A DNA stretch of 64,000 nucleotides, taken from the NCBI GenBank assembly GCA_012519885.1, contig JAAYPI010000009.1, positions 10,163 to 74,162 of the forward strand, written 5' to 3'. The notes beneath the pieces are model-generated. The model worked only from the letters and a program-made list of their open reading frames with translations. It did not search any database and was not told where the DNA came from. The number at the start of each line of letters is the position of its first letter. The first letter of the stretch is position 1. Below, in pieces: positions 8,931 through 16,426 of the stretch. A program made the translations under genes and the position numbers. This DNA is from Bacteroidales bacterium. GTDB taxonomy: Bacteria; Bacteroidota; Bacteroidia; Bacteroidales; Paludibacteraceae.

Positions 8931-8965
8931 TTCACATCCCCTTTATCATTTCCTCAATAAATGTC
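8931..8965. repeat. Direct repeat copy 2 (35 nt), upstream of orphan gene 8354..8905
   Basis: TTCACATCCCCTTTATCATTTCCTCAATAAATGTC. On the minus strand it still reads ..FIEEMIKGM*, compared with ..FIEGMRKGM* in copy 1. Confidence 0.7.
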
Positions 8966-8973
8966 TATATTCG

Positions 8974-8981
8974 CAAATATA
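8974..8981 (-). promoter_or_regulatory. -7 box TATATTTG for orphan gene 8354..8905
   Basis: TAnnTTTG on the minus strand, 69 nt upstream of ATG 8905. Confidence 0.4.
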
Positions 8982-9210
8982 CGCAAGTTTTTCCAAGAAA
9001 AAGAAATTCTTGCTAAAAATGAAACGGAATACATTCCCAACATGATAATTGAATGAGCAAGAAAAACGATGTCTTCCTTTAAACGAGTTAAGCCAAAAAT
9101 AATGTATCTTTGCGATCGATTAAAATACATGCTAGAGATTGATACGATTTATACTTTGTTATGAAAGCTGAGATGAATGCTATGAATGTTAAATTGCCAT
9201 ATACAAAATA

Positions 9211-9621
9211 ATGAAAAATCTTTTGTACATAGTTTTTATTACACTAATGTGGTGTTTGTCTTTACATGCGTATGCTGTTAATTGGGATAAGCTATTAGTG
9301 TCGTATGAAACTGGAGATACCACAAAGATAACGAAAAAATATACGATTGCTATTAGTGGGGTATATGCTTTTGTAGGAGATAAAAAACGCGAAGTAATCG
9401 TGCTAAAAAATGATGGAAATACCTGGAAACCGATGCAAATTCTTAAACCTACTACCAAGAAACGCGTTGAGTTTGGCAAAAAAATTACGATCTGGAATGA
9501 TGTCGTTATCATCGAGGCTCCTAAGGAAAGCAAAAATGGAACGATATATGTGTATCGTATTGTGAATAATAGATGGAGAAGAGTTCAGAAAATAAAAAAC
9601 GCCCTACGCCGTGCAATGTAG
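9211..9621 (+). CDS. Hypothetical secreted protein, possibly a truncated fragment
   Basis: Signal peptide MKNLLYIVFITLMWCLSLHAYA. Only 136 aa with beta-strand-like repeats. The antisense ORF 9189..9533 looks spurious. Confidence 0.4.
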   Translation: MKNLLYIVFITLMWCLSLHAYAVNWDKLLVSYETGDTTKITKKYTIAISGVYAFVGDKKREVIVLKNDGNTWKPMQILKPTTKKRVEFGKKITIWNDVVIIEAPKESKNGTIYVYRIVNNRWRRVQKIKNALRRAM

Positions 9622-9702
9622 CTCTATACGAATGATTGGCATTGTTAATATCTCTGATATTTACGTTTTTATCCTCTATTTTTGTTGTAAATCTATTGAA
9701 AT

Positions 9703-9740
9703 AAAAAAACACCTACAAGTACTTTTGTAGGTGTTTTTTG
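9703..9740. terminator. Bidirectional rho-independent terminator, serving ORF 9211..9621 on plus and tRNA-Arg on minus
   Basis: AACACCTACAA (9708..9718) pairs with TTGTAGGTGTT (9725..9735). It is flanked by an A run on the left and a T run on the right. Confidence 0.75.
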
Positions 9741-9752
9741 TGCTTTTATTTG

Positions 9753-9826
9753 TGACCGCGATAGGATTCAAACCTATAACCTTCTGATCCGTAGTCAGAT
9801 ACTCTATTCAGTTGAGCTACGCAGCC
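9753..9826 (-). tRNA. tRNA-Arg, anticodon ACG
   Basis: Minus strand: GGCTGCGTAGCTCAACTGAATAGAGTATCTGACTACGGATCAGAAGGTTATAGGTTTGAATCCTATCGCGGTCA. It folds as a cloverleaf: 7-bp acceptor stem with 2 GU pairs, anticodon stem TCTGA/TCAGA with loop CTACGGA, T arm ATAGG/CCTAT. CCA is not encoded. Confidence 0.9.
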
Positions 9827-9885
9827 TTGTTCTTTCAAAAAGCGAATGCAAAGATAAGGTGTTTTTTGTTTTTGTGCAAATTTAT

Positions 9886-9934
9886 TTCAAAAAAAGGCTG
9901 TGTTTTTCTTTTGTTTTTATCAAACACAGCCTTT
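9886..9934 (-). terminator. Terminator after htpG
   Basis: A 13-bp stem, AAAGGCTGTGTTT (9893..9905) with AAACACAGCCTTT (9922..9934). A T run follows on the minus strand. Confidence 0.75.
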
Positions 9935-9946
9935 ATTTAAGCGGTA

Positions 9947-12007
9947 TTAAGCTTGTATCATGTCGGCACTGCGTTTTACAAACTTACTCAAGGCTTCGCC
10001 TTTTAGCATATTATTAGCAAGTAAAGCCAAGTCAATCAGTTGTTTCACTACATTATTGCCGTCGGCAAAGTTGGCTAAAATCGCTTTTTGTTGCTCACGC
10101 AATGCATCCATTTCTTTACGCAAAGCGGCTTTCTCATCTTTTACTTCTTGAGGTAATTCATCTTCTTTTTTACCTTCGTTAGCCTTATTGATTTCCGCAA
10201 GTTTTGTGTCAATATCCGCAATGGTCTTGTCAAAATGTCCCATTTCTTTTCCGCAACTTTCTTCTTGTTGTTTGATAATACCTTTTACCAATGCATGGTC
10301 GGTATTTACAACCAGGTTGTACGAGTCGGGCATTTCGCTATAAAAACTCATCATGCCACCTTGCATTGCCGACATTTCTTTCATTCTACGCATAAATTCG
10401 TTTTGCGTAATCATCACTGGCAGTGCATTGGCACCCATGGCATCAAAAGCAACTATGTAGTTGGCTTTTTCTGTTTTGGGGGCTACGGTGCTAAATACAG
10501 TTGTAAGGTTTTGTTGTTGTTTTTCTGACAGTGATGTTTTTTTGCGGTCTTCTTTCTCAATCAAGTTGTCCACGCTATCGCTATCTACACGTACAAAACG
10601 CGATTTCTCCCATTTTTGTTCCAGTTTAGCAATTAAATGCACATCAAGCTGACCATCCATCAATAACACATCGTATCCCTTGTTTTTGGCTGCTTCGATG
10701 TAGCTAAATTGATCGTCCTTGTCGGTTGCATACAAGTAGATAATGTCTCCTTTTTTATCTGTTTGGTTTGTTTCAATCAGTTTTTTGTACTCCTCAGCAG
10801 TATAGCAGGTGTTATCTACATTTTTTAGTAAATTGAATGTTTCGGCTCTTTCGTAAAATTTATCATCAGTAAGCATCCCGTAATTGATAAATATTTTTAG
10901 GCTTTCCCATTTTTCTTCAAATAGAGCACGGTCAGTTTTAAACAAATCTTGCAACCTGTCAGCTACTTTTTTAGATATGTGCGATGATATTTTCTTCACA
11001 TTACCATCGCTTTGCAAGTACGATCGACTTACATTCAGCGGAATATCTGGAGAGTCGATAACTCCGTGCAATAGGGTTAAGAAATCGGGCACAATACCTT
11101 CTACTGAGTCGGTTACAAACACTTGGTTGCAATACAATTGAATTTTGTTTTTTTGCAAATCAATGGTATTTTTTACTTTTGGAAAGTATAATATCCCGGT
11201 TAGGTTAAACGGATAATCCACATTTAGGTGTATATGAAAGAGCGGATCTTCGCTCATAGGATACAAATCGCGGTAAAATTTGTTATAATCTTCGTCTTTC
11301 AAGTCGGCTGGTTTGCGTACCCAAGCTGGTTGTGTGTCGTTTATGATGTTATCTTCGTCCGTATCTACTTGTTTGCCATCTTTCCAATCCTTTTTTTTGC
11401 CAAAGGCAATGGGGATAGGTAAGAATTTGCAGTATTTAGTTAGCAATTCGTTTATTTTGCTTTGTTGCAAGAAGTCTTGGTTTTCGTCATCAATGTGCAA
11501 TACAATATCTGTACCTCTTTCTGCTTTATCGCAATTTTCTAATGTGTAATCGGGGTTACCTTCGCAACTCCATTTTACTGCTTGGCTATTTTCTTTGTAC
11601 GATTTGGTGATGATTTCCACCTTTTTGGCAACCATAAAAGAAGAGTAAAAACCCAAACCAAAATGCCCAATGATAGCGGCGGCATCGTTTTTGTATTTAT
11701 CTAAAAATTCTTCTGCTCCCGAAAAAGCAATTTGGTTGATATATTTATCAATTTCTTCGGCAGTCATACCAATACCTTTGTCAGAAATGGTAATGGTTTT
11801 GTTGGCTTCGTCTCTGGTAACACGCACAGTAATGTCGCCCAATTCACCTTTGTACTCGCCAACTGATGCCAATGTTTTTAGCTTTTGTGTAGCATCAACA
11901 GCATTAGAAACTAGTTCGCGTAAAAAGATTTCGTGGTCGCTGTAAAGAAATTTTTTAATGATAGGGAAAATGTTTTCCGTAGTTACACCAATATTTCCTT
12001 TTTTCAT
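9947..12007 (-). CDS. htpG: Molecular chaperone HtpG (Hsp90)
   Basis: Hsp90 N-terminal ATPase motifs (IFLRELVSNAVDA, GQFGLGFYS-type HFGLGFYS). The track start at 12013 is TTG. ATG 12007 gives MKKGNIGVTTENIF, typical of Bacteroidota HtpG. Confidence 0.92.
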   Translation of the reverse strand: MKKGNIGVTTENIFPIIKKFLYSDHEIFLRELVSNAVDATQKLKTLASVGEYKGELGDITVRVTRDEANKTITISDKGIGMTAEEIDKYINQIAFSGAEEFLDKYKNDAAAIIGHFGLGFYSSFMVAKKVEIITKSYKENSQAVKWSCEGNPDYTLENCDKAERGTDIVLHIDDENQDFLQQSKINELLTKYCKFLPIPIAFGKKKDWKDGKQVDTDEDNIINDTQPAWVRKPADLKDEDYNKFYRDLYPMSEDPLFHIHLNVDYPFNLTGILYFPKVKNTIDLQKNKIQLYCNQVFVTDSVEGIVPDFLTLLHGVIDSPDIPLNVSRSYLQSDGNVKKISSHISKKVADRLQDLFKTDRALFEEKWESLKIFINYGMLTDDKFYERAETFNLLKNVDNTCYTAEEYKKLIETNQTDKKGDIIYLYATDKDDQFSYIEAAKNKGYDVLLMDGQLDVHLIAKLEQKWEKSRFVRVDSDSVDNLIEKEDRKKTSLSEKQQQNLTTVFSTVAPKTEKANYIVAFDAMGANALPVMITQNEFMRRMKEMSAMQGGMMSFYSEMPDSYNLVVNTDHALVKGIIKQQEESCGKEMGHFDKTIADIDTKLAEINKANEGKKEDELPQEVKDEKAALRKEMDALREQQKAILANFADGNNVVKQLIDLALLANNMLKGEALSKFVKRSADMIQA

Positions 12008-12054
12008 ACTCAACTATTTATTTTAAGTTATACATTTGTTTCACTTTAGCTATG

Positions 12055-12062
12055 CAAAAGTA
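12055..12062 (-). promoter_or_regulatory. -7 box TACTTTTG for htpG
   Basis: TAnnTTTG on the minus strand, 48 nt upstream of ATG 12007. Confidence 0.5.
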
Positions 12063-12231
12063 GTGCCAAGTATGTCTGTCTGTCAAAAAGGCATAGTGGA
12101 TGCGTAATTTTAACTAAAAAACATATTGTATAACATATACTACGCTATTTCAGAATTCAAAAAAAAGTATCATCTTTGTAGTGTCTGACATTCGAAATAC
12201 TTGTAGCCTAGGATTTTGTGTCGAGTACCTA

Positions 12232-12272
12232 TGAAAATCACAAAGAGCGGTCAAATTTTGACCGCTCTTTGT
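12232..12272 (-). terminator. Terminator after the PspC-domain gene
   Basis: Perfect 15-bp stem (12240..12254 with 12258..12272) and a 3-nt loop. TTTT follows on the minus strand. Confidence 0.75.
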
Positions 12273-12285
12273 GTTCAAATACATG

Positions 12286-13950
12286 TCATTGTTCGTTATA
12301 GCGTACTACAACCGCAGCATTGTATGCCTGTTGTTTAATGATTGGGTTGCCACGATAGCATACACGTGCAGCATCGTTGGCTTGTATCCACACACTGTCG
12401 CGTACTTGTATATCTGCTTTGGCTGCATTTTGTACATTGACAGTGCCCGTTTTGCTCACTAAATCAACTGTGTTTGCCATGCTGGCATTGCTTACGTTTA
12501 AGTCAAGGTGATGCGTATTGCCCGATAGCTGTACCCGCGATAAGCCAGTACTAATCACGTTTACATTCTTTTCTACATCTAGCAGTAGTTGAGCCTGACT
12601 TAGATCAGCTACTTTCAGTTGCAAATTACTTGTTTTAATGGCTGTGTTTGTCGTAATGCTTGAGCCTCCTTCTACCTCAATGCGTTTTATGGTTGGCGAT
12701 TGTATGTGTATGGCAAAATTTTTAGTAAAGATTGAATTTGTTTCTCCATCAAAATAGATGTTCAATATGCTATCATTTACTTCTGTATGGATGTTTTGTA
12801 AGGTGTAATCGGGAGCCATAATTTGTACTTGTTGTGTAGAGTCTTGTGTGTACTCAGCATGTACGCCATTGTGCAATAAGATGGTATGAAAGCCATCTAG
12901 GGTACGATTTTCGGCAGGGTAATGAGCAAAAGACCTTGTATAGGAGGGTTTATACTCCAGTGTGCCTCTTACTATTACAGAGATGAGTGCTACTAAACTG
13001 ATGACCCATACTGTAAACAAAATCCAACCGAATACACTTTTACCTTTACGAGGTGTTTTGTTTGATAATAAGCGAATGGCTCCGACAAATAGTCCGATAG
13101 TTGGCGTAATAATAAGTAAGAAAATACTCACTATGCCAATAATTGCCAAATACCCTGACCCAACACTAAATGGTAAAAATGCAAGTAATATATCTGCATG
13201 TAGCAATGCTATAACGAATGCTGCTAGCAACGATAAAGATACAAGTAGCAAGGTAAAACCAACAATAGAACTAACGACTATGAATACCGTTTTAACAATA
13301 GGAGAGAGTATTCTTTCAATGCGAGAGCCAATGTTTTTGGCATTGCTTTTAAATTCGTCTGATTGAACATACTCTTGGGCGTTTTTAACTTGCGTTTTAA
13401 TGTTTTCAATCGTTACATCTTCGCCATGCATTTCGAGTCGTTGGGCAGTAGTAGTTGCTTCTGGCACGATAATCCAGATAACGAGGTATAGTAAAAATGA
13501 CCAACCAGCACTGATAAATAGAAATAGCACAAATAGCAAACGTACAAGCAATATGTTCCATTCCAAATAGGCTGCTATACCTGCAGCTACACCGCCTAGT
13601 ATTTTGTTTTCTGGATCACGGTATAAACGTTTGTTAGTTCTTTTTCTTTTATCGTTTTCAGCGTGTTGATTGTCAGTATCATCATTGTCGTTGTCAGCAA
13701 ATTGGCTAGGATTACCAAGCACTTCCATTACCCTTTCTACGTCAGGTTTTTCGACTACATTTTTACCGTTTTGTAATTTTTCGGTAAATAATTCTGCAAT
13801 ACGAGCCTCAATATCGTTGAGAATTTCTTTTTCATCTTCGGCACTAAATTGTTTACTTAATTGCTCTAAGTAATGTTGAAGCAACATGTACGCATCTTCG
13901 TCTATATGAAAAACGATGCCGTTGAGGTTGATTGTTACTGTTTTTTTCAT
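12286..13950 (-). CDS. PspC-domain membrane protein with a C-terminal DUF2807-like beta-helical domain
   Basis: PspC motif LYRDPENKILGGVAAGIAAYLEWNILLVRLLFVLF, several TM helices, and a repetitive C-terminal domain. It follows a PadR gene, as is common in Bacteroidota. Confidence 0.75.
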   Translation of the reverse strand: MKKTVTINLNGIVFHIDEDAYMLLQHYLEQLSKQFSAEDEKEILNDIEARIAELFTEKLQNGKNVVEKPDVERVMEVLGNPSQFADNDNDDTDNQHAENDKRKRTNKRLYRDPENKILGGVAAGIAAYLEWNILLVRLLFVLFLFISAGWSFLLYLVIWIIVPEATTTAQRLEMHGEDVTIENIKTQVKNAQEYVQSDEFKSNAKNIGSRIERILSPIVKTVFIVVSSIVGFTLLLVSLSLLAAFVIALLHADILLAFLPFSVGSGYLAIIGIVSIFLLIITPTIGLFVGAIRLLSNKTPRKGKSVFGWILFTVWVISLVALISVIVRGTLEYKPSYTRSFAHYPAENRTLDGFHTILLHNGVHAEYTQDSTQQVQIMAPDYTLQNIHTEVNDSILNIYFDGETNSIFTKNFAIHIQSPTIKRIEVEGGSSITTNTAIKTSNLQLKVADLSQAQLLLDVEKNVNVISTGLSRVQLSGNTHHLDLNVSNASMANTVDLVSKTGTVNVQNAAKADIQVRDSVWIQANDAARVCYRGNPIIKQQAYNAAVVVRYNEQ

Positions 13951-14003
13951 GGGAGTATATGTTTGTAGTTTGAGGGATTGTTATTGATGATGAAGTGTTC
14001 TGT

Positions 14004-14348
14004 CTATTCGTTGTTGGGTTGTTGTTTGATGTGTTCAACTACATTTTTTATTTCTTGCCAAGCTTCTTCTATTTCGGACAAAAATTGTTTGCCGTTTTCC
14101 GTCAGTTCGTAGTATTTACGGGGTGGACCTTGTAGCGATTCTATCCAGTTATAGTCAAGATACCCACTGTTTTTGAGTCGAGTTAGCAAAGGATACAATG
14201 TGCCCTCTACTACTATTAGTTTAGCGGCTTTAAGTTCGTTGAGTATGTCCGATGCGTAGGCAGGTTTTTTTTCGAGGATAAGTAGAATGCAAAATTCTAG
14301 GTATCCTTTTCGCATTTGCGATTTAATATTTTCCGAATTCATTGACAT
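14004..14348 (-). CDS. PadR-family transcriptional regulator
   Basis: 114 aa winged helix (GYLEFCILLILEKKPAYASDILNELK...GTLYPLLTRLKNSGYL). Confidence 0.85.
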   Translation of the reverse strand: MSMNSENIKSQMRKGYLEFCILLILEKKPAYASDILNELKAAKLIVVEGTLYPLLTRLKNSGYLDYNWIESLQGPPRKYYELTENGKQFLSEIEEAWQEIKNVVEHIKQQPNNE

Positions 14349-14373
14349 AGCGTTTGTATGTAAGTTGATAGTG

Positions 14374-14381
14374 CAAAGATA
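14374..14381 (-). promoter_or_regulatory. -7 box TATCTTTG for the padR-pspC operon
   Basis: TAnnTTTG on the minus strand, 26 nt upstream of ATG 14348. Confidence 0.5.
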
Positions 14382-14453
14382 AGTATACTTATAGTACTAT
14401 GTAATACATACTACTATAAATTAAGAAATATTAACAAAAAAATAGAAAGCAAT

Positions 14454-14822
14454 TTATTTTTTGAAAATAAAATACACAGCCAATACCAAGAACATAAAGC
14501 CTATGGCGTGGTTCCAGCGAAAGGTTTCGGTTTTGAAGAATAAGCTAGAGAAAGCAACAAAAACGACTAAGGTAATTACTTCTTGAATCACTTTGAGTTG
14601 GAGCAGGGTAAAGGGTCCTCCATTTTCGCGAAAGCCAATTTTATTGGCAGGAACTTGAAAAAAATACTCAAAAAGAGCAATCCCCCAACTAAATAAGATA
14701 ACAGCAATAAGAGGCAATGCCGAAAACCATTTAAAATCTTTCAACTTTAAATGACCATACCAAGCAAAAGTCATAAAAATATTGGCAGCAAGCAACAAAA
14801 GAATGGTATAAATGGCTTTCAT
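14454..14822 (-). CDS. DMT-superfamily small membrane protein (DUF486 type)
   Basis: 122 aa, 4 TM helices, N-terminus ...NIFMTFAWYGHLKLK typical of DUF486. Confidence 0.7.
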   Translation of the reverse strand: MKAIYTILLLLAANIFMTFAWYGHLKLKDFKWFSALPLIAVILFSWGIALFEYFFQVPANKIGFRENGGPFTLLQLKVIQEVITLVVFVAFSSLFFKTETFRWNHAIGFMFLVLAVYFIFKK

Positions 14823-14861
14823 ATAGTTCTTTTATTAAAAGAAGATGCACTAAAAATTGTG

Positions 14862-14869
14862 CAAATGTA
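14862..14869 (-). promoter_or_regulatory. -7 box TACATTTG for the DMT gene
   Basis: TAnnTTTG on the minus strand, 40 nt upstream of ATG 14822. Confidence 0.5.
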
Positions 14870-14918
14870 GTACAAAGTTTTTGTATTATTTGTATAATCA
14901 ACCATCATTTTATGATAC

Positions 14919-14964
14919 AAAAAATCCTTTTTTACATGACACGAATATGCCTGTAAAAAAGGAT
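14919..14964 (-). terminator. Terminator after the marR-containing operon
   Basis: Perfect 13-bp stem, ATCCTTTTTTACA (14924..14936) with TGTAAAAAAGGAT (14952..14964). A T run follows on the minus strand. Confidence 0.7.
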
Positions 14965-14986
14965 AGAGTGTGAAACAAATTTCTTC

Positions 14987-15352
14987 TTATTTTTCTTGTA
15001 AGATATCTGATTCAATATTTTTCGCAATACGTTGAATTTCACTTTCCTCACAAAGAAGTTCGTTTACTTTTTGTGTCCCTTGTGGGGTGATTGAAAAAAA
15101 CATTTTTCTTTTGTCAGTATCACCTATTATGCGTGTTACTAGTTGTTTTTTTTCAAGTGCTGCGATTACCTTGGATGTATTAGAATGTGTTAATGATACT
15201 AGATTGGCTATTTCTCCAGAAGAGTAGCTGGCATTTTTCAATTCGCACAATACCATGCCCTCGTTGAGGCTAAGCTCGTGTTTTTGTTGCAACTGTTCTT
15301 CAAATTTGCTAATTAATCGGTAAATATTTCGTATGTAACACAGACTTTCCAT
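14987..15352 (-). CDS. MarR-family transcriptional regulator (short)
   Basis: 121 aa winged helix (LSLNEGMVLCELKNASYSSGEIANLVSLTHSNTSKVIAALEKKQLVTR). Confidence 0.7.
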   Translation of the reverse strand: MESLCYIRNIYRLISKFEEQLQQKHELSLNEGMVLCELKNASYSSGEIANLVSLTHSNTSKVIAALEKKQLVTRIIGDTDKRKMFFSITPQGTQKVNELLCEESEIQRIAKNIESDILQEK

Positions 15353-15357
15353 TTTGA

Positions 15358-15852
15358 TTATTTTTTAAGCAACACTTTGTCAATGGCTTCTTTAAATGAC
15401 GCTTTGGGTAATGCACCTCGAATAATTTGTGGGTTTTCGTTCATAGGTACAAGCAACAAGGTTGGTATTGACTGAATGCCAAATGCAGCTGCCAATTCTT
15501 GTTCTTGTTCTGTGTCTATTTTATAAATGTAAATTTCTCCCGCATATTCTGTTGCCAATTCATCAAGGATGGGAGCTATCATTTTACATGGACCACACCA
15601 TGATGCATAGAAGTCGATTATTGCGGGTTTGTCTCCCAAATATTTCCATTCGTTGGGATTGGTTTCGTAATTAACCACTTTTTTTAAAAACTCTGCTTTT
15701 GTTAAATAGATTGGTTTCATAATTAATGTATTATTAGTTGTTTGTGTTTTTTTTTCAGTTGGTGTTGGTTGTTTTTGTTCCTTGTTCGAGGCTTCGGAAC
15801 AAGATGTAACCAATAAGCCTATGGCTATGGCAAGTAAGGTTAGTTGTTTCAT
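15358..15852 (-). CDS. Thioredoxin-family lipoprotein
   Basis: Lipobox LLVTSC, a Thr/Gln/Lys-rich linker, and the active site FYASWCGPCK. Confidence 0.85.
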   Translation of the reverse strand: MKQLTLLAIAIGLLVTSCSEASNKEQKQPTPTEKKTQTTNNTLIMKPIYLTKAEFLKKVVNYETNPNEWKYLGDKPAIIDFYASWCGPCKMIAPILDELATEYAGEIYIYKIDTEQEQELAAAFGIQSIPTLLLVPMNENPQIIRGALPKASFKEAIDKVLLKK

Positions 15853-16088
15853 TTTTTATATTCTTTTATTTCATTTTTAAAAACTGTATCAGAACTATTA
15901 GAAGGCGTTTTGGAATCGCAACCAGCAGTACCACAACAAGATACATTAAAAAATGCTTGAATCATAAACCATACTCCTAATCCCACAAAAAGATAATGTC
16001 CAGAAAAGTACGCGGCAATGCTCAAAGAAGCACCTAAAAGCAATCTGATTATACGTACAATCGTCCAATTTTTGAGGTACTTATTCAT
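15849..16088 (-). CDS. Small two-TM membrane protein with a C-terminal CCGTAGC motif (DUF2892/YgaP-like)
   Basis: 79 aa. Its start overlaps the upstream stop and its stop overlaps the thioredoxin start (ATGA-type coupling). Cys cluster VSCCGTAGCDS. Confidence 0.55.
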   Translation of the reverse strand: MNKYLKNWTIVRIIRLLLGASLSIAAYFSGHYLFVGLGVWFMIQAFFNVSCCGTAGCDSKTPSNSSDTVFKNEIKEYKK

Positions 16089-16293
16089 CTTGCTTCTCTT
16101 TTTTAAACATGCTTAATAGGAGCGAACCCATAATAGCACCCCATATTACACTGTTGTAGGGCGATGAGGTTATAGGGCATCCGCCTGAATCGCATCCGAT
16201 GAAATACCAGTAGATATATCCACCAATACCTCCTAGTATGCTCCCAACGAAGTACAGCCTATTTTTTTTTATCCAGTTTGTTATTTTTTCCAT
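16081..16293 (-). CDS. Small two-TM membrane protein with a GCDSGGCPI motif
   Basis: The track start at 16323 is a TTG inside the promoter box. ATG 16293 gives 70 aa (MEKITNWIKKN...). Two TM helices flank CDSGGCP. Confidence 0.5.
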   Translation of the reverse strand: MEKITNWIKKNRLYFVGSILGGIGGYIYWYFIGCDSGGCPITSSPYNSVIWGAIMGSLLLSMFKKEKQDE

Positions 16294-16320
16294 GTGTAGC
16301 TTGTTGTTTTTTTTACACTG

Positions 16321-16328
16321 CAAAAATA
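16321..16328 (-). promoter_or_regulatory. -7 box TATTTTTG for the small-membrane-protein / thioredoxin / marR operon
   Basis: TAnnTTTG on the minus strand, 28 nt upstream of ATG 16293. Confidence 0.5.
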
Positions 16329-16426
16329 GGTATTATTTTACAATGAAACAAATTTCCAATGGAAAATATATCAAAAGAAAATAAAATTTAACAATTAGCT
16401 GGAATAGTATTAACAAAAGAATTTGT

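Larger units (their letters stand above)
7397..9752. other. AT-rich accessory islet of orphan genes between the adhesin gene and the 3' end of tRNA-Arg
   Basis: Visibly lower GC than the flanks. Three ORFs have no motif I recognise. It contains a gene-tail remnant and a direct repeat, and it abuts the 3' end of a tRNA gene. Confidence 0.45.

Noticed and set aside
8227-8965. An integron-like attC interpretation of the 35-nt repeat that precedes both orphan genes
   Set aside because: There is no intI gene, no RYYYAAC/GTTRRRY core pair and no imperfect palindrome within the repeat. It is better explained as the conserved tail of a lost gene.
9189-9533. The 114-aa minus-strand ORF overlapping 9211..9621
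   Set aside because: The plus-strand ORF has a proper ATG and signal peptide. The minus ORF is hydrophobic low-complexity sequence with no start context, so it is probably spurious.
9753-9775. A duplicated tRNA-Arg 3' end (att site) marking the far border of the islet near 7397..7520
   Set aside because: I found no copy of the tRNA 3' segment (GGATTCAAACC...) elsewhere in 7397..9752, and no integrase. The islet cannot be called an integrative element.
9960-11945. Many 60-100 aa ORFs lie antisense to htpG. Similar antisense ORFs occur inside dnaN, the pspC-domain gene, guaA, proS, the TonB receptor gene and other genes in the six-frame track.
   Set aside because: They lie entirely within strongly supported genes on the opposite strand. 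They have low-complexity or Ser/Leu/Phe-rich compositions typical of antisense frames, and they lack promoter boxes.
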